In this document: piece by piece, positions 61,101 to 64,000 of the stretch | Position numbering within the stretch: position 1 is the first letter of the stretch | Layout of the letters: every line of letters starts with the position of its first letter | Source: Tubiluchus corallicola | Taxonomy: Eukaryota; Animalia; Priapulida | Direction: 5' to 3' | Assembly: GCA_030141605.1 (NCBI GenBank) | Contig: JAQGDQ010000083.1 | Location: 310,001 to 374,000 of the forward strand | Length of the DNA: 64,000 bases | Notes under the pieces: generated by a model | Databases searched by the model: none | What the model was told of the DNA's origin: nothing | What the model saw: the letters and a program-made list of their open reading frames with translations, nothing else | Translations under genes and position numbers: made by a program

Positions 61101-63329
61101 AATATACAGAAGATTACATAGATATCCTATGTTACACCATATCAGTAAATTGATAAAAATTAGAGTAATCTTATAGAGATCAATTCTTGACATACTAGAG
61201 CAAAACTATGAGTAAACAATCTGTCGCTCAGTACAGAAAATGGTAGTAAAGTAATCAGATCAGAGAAACAGTCTTTCCTAGCTGAATGAATGACACATTG
61301 TTATTAATATATGCTACTCTCCAACAGATAACAAACAACAGAAACAGATACATAAGGTATATTAGCACATGAAGGGAGATAATAGTGTTTTATGCGAGAA
61401 ACTATTTAAAGCTGCATCACTATAATCTATCCGCGGTCATTTTAAGAAACTGTTCAAACCTTCGCAAGAACTAATTGCAACAGCACACTGCAAATGTATA
61501 CCTAGTAAACCCACAAATAAGCGAGTTTAAACGTACAGCTTGCTTGCGAAGTCCAAGACACCTAACCATAACACGGTTATTGACGGTCTCTCCTCAACAA
61601 TTTGCGAAATTATGGCAGATTTGATGCGTCAAATGTTTCACTGAATCCCAAAAACCCACAACACGGAAGAATTGGCTTAACAGCTACGTATATTACAAGC
61701 ATATATCTTTTTTAAAAAAATAATTTAGTGCTAGATTACTTACTGAACTACTGGACATGAATAAAATTTGTCCAAATACCAAAACAGAAATGTTTAATAT
61801 TAATAATAGCTATAGCAAATCCGGTTCCGACAACTGCCATATTCTAGTTACTGTATGATATATCGCCGAGGTGACGCATCGAATTTACAGGTTAACTCTG
61901 CACTCTGCTCGTGCAGTTGACTAACCTCTTAACTGAAAGGTACACAGTTGTTGAGGGGTTTTAATTTAAAATTAGTTGTGTTTTGTTTATGGGTCGTGAT
62001 GTCGAAATTATGTGGAAGGTAATATCATTGTGTTCCAAGCAAATGGAGTACTTATATGGAGAACATTTATTGAAGAAGAAAAAGAAGAAGACGACCACGA
62101 TACATATAATCACATGAAGACATTCACTTCAAGAATAAGATGGCTAACTTAAAACCATTAAGAATGACATCTTAGTGTTCTAACATCATAACCCCTTCTT
62201 ACAAACTACTGCATACAAGAACATCATACGAGATATATTCCAACTATTATTGCTATTAAATTATCAAATGTTTAATTTAATCTGCACAAACATTCTGTTT
62301 ACAGCTCGTACTGATTATAACTAACAACTAATACCTTTTATGCACATATATTGTATAAGACAACACGTTGCAAAGTGTTCTCTAATAAATCTGGGATTCA
62401 CGCAACTCAAACTCCTTTTACAATGCGATATTCACAGCTCTCTGCCTTGGCCGCAACTCACCATGTCTAAACGCTCGACGCCCAGAACGCAACTCCTCGT
62501 GTGTGTGCTCTGGAAATGATCTACGTCATGATATACGCCAAAACATTAGGTAAACAGAATCTTACATATTTACAGCGATTGCAAGAACTCAACACAATAT
62601 CATTGAGAGAGAAGTCTACATGCTGACAATATCAACCTCAGTCTCGATGATTTCTTCCTTTGGGTTACTTTAAGCCATACACCATGAGGAAACTATAAAC
62701 TTTTCAGCGAACGTGCTTGACTTAAGCTTCTCCAAAGAAGTTTATTCACCAGAGAAATTTTTACTCTAGCCTTATCGGTGCCAGTTTTACTAATAGTACT
62801 TTCCGTCACCATCTTAAAAACGTAAATTTTGAACGCTTTGAAATTCAGAAGTCTGTCGCAGTAATTCTGCTTCCTTCCCTCAGGATCAAAGAGGTTGTTC
62901 CCAACGTAAGTTTTTGCATTGATGAGAAAACCGGTCCCTGATGTCAACATAAGCCGTAAACATGTTAAGCAAGTCAGCGATTAGGTCATGGAATCGACTT
63001 CCAAAAAACGTGATAGATTCAGAGAACATATTGGCATTAAGTAGATTTAAAAGAGCAAAGACAGTGGCGCGCTCAGTGCCAACTATGGGCTAGCCACACT
63101 AAAACATTCAATGGTATAGATTTAATGGTATCTATTACCAAGCTAGCCAACGTATTAGACAATTATTGATATCATTTCATTGACTGGAACCCAATCGGAG
63201 GAGGCAATATATTAGCTGGCTTTTTTAAAACTGTCAATGTTGCCAAGTAACTCATTCTTTTCTGTGGTGCTATGTCACAGCATTCTAAGATGTACTTATA
63301 GGTCCTAAACAGAATAAAGATGGTAAATC

Positions 63330-63406
63330 ACGATGATGACGACGACGACGACGATGATGATGATTATGATGATGATGATGATGATGACGACGATGATGAT
63401 GATGAT
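63330..63406. repeat. (GAT/GAC)n microsatellite
   Basis: Read directly. Confidence 0.95.
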
Positions 63407-64000
63407 AAATATACACTTTTAGCGTAGTTTACAAAAAATGATGACATGAATTCCTATTGCATTTTCAATAAGAATTAAAATGGCTTCCATTGTCTAAAAA
63501 TAAAAACTTGATCACTTTTACAATTAACATCCATAAAGACTCTAGCATGGTTGAATAAAAGAGAATAAATTTCACATACGGGCACACTTAGTCTACAAAT
63601 GATTGATACAGCTTCCAGGATTTTCTGTTTGCATTTCGCTTTTTCTTCAAGTCTGGTTACATCTGGCATGGATGAGCAAACGTATCATCGCTTTCTGCGA
63701 GTATCTTTACAGCTGATTTTTTGTTAATGTAGCCCTTTCTTTCTTTCTTTATTTTTTTCCTTCCTTCTTTTTTTCTTTCTTTTTTCCATACTTTCTTTTT
63801 CCTTTCTTTCTAACCGCCTTAAATTCATTTCTTTGTTTTTATCTTTTCATGGCTCAGTTTTGAAAACTTAAAACATAAAAAGTTTGGTCAACGAGACCAG
63901 CGACAACAACACAGGCTTACTTTATTACGATCAAACTTTCAAGCGTTTCCTATAGTGCAAAGTGCATTCCGTTTGTGTAACTTTACCTCACAAATCAAAC

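Noticed and set aside
62693-62950. ORF with TGFLINAKTYVG, faintly like a piggyBac transposase segment
   Set aside because: No flanking transposase motifs or TTAA-bounded TIRs were found; too weak to call.

Overview
AT-rich, intron-containing genomic DNA, most likely from an invertebrate animal; the species cannot be identified from sequence alone. I reconstructed three minus-strand host genes exon by exon. (1) A secreted GH18 chitinase-like protein (1081-10708) whose linker is ~41 copies of a 14-aa His/Glu/Tyr/Pro repeat, followed by a CBM14 domain. (2) A PLEKHG7-like DH-PH RhoGEF (17040 to ~36400). (3) An OTUD3-like deubiquitinase (40682-58178). Introns hold hAT, piggyBac and Tc1 elements, LINE/SINE remnants and several minisatellites. 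The standout feature is a 4.76-kb GC/CpG-rich fold-back element (31603-36361). It has Polinton/Maverick-type AGTAGT...ACTACT termini and two ~2.2-kb inverted arms. Each arm encodes a DEDD/DnaQ-like protein and a divergent TATA-binding-protein (TBP) homolog. The element has no polymerase, integrase or capsid gene and no target-site duplication. It appears to split a RhoGEF coding exon, and removing it exactly restores the reading frame. All family assignments rest on motif recognition by eye; no database search was run.
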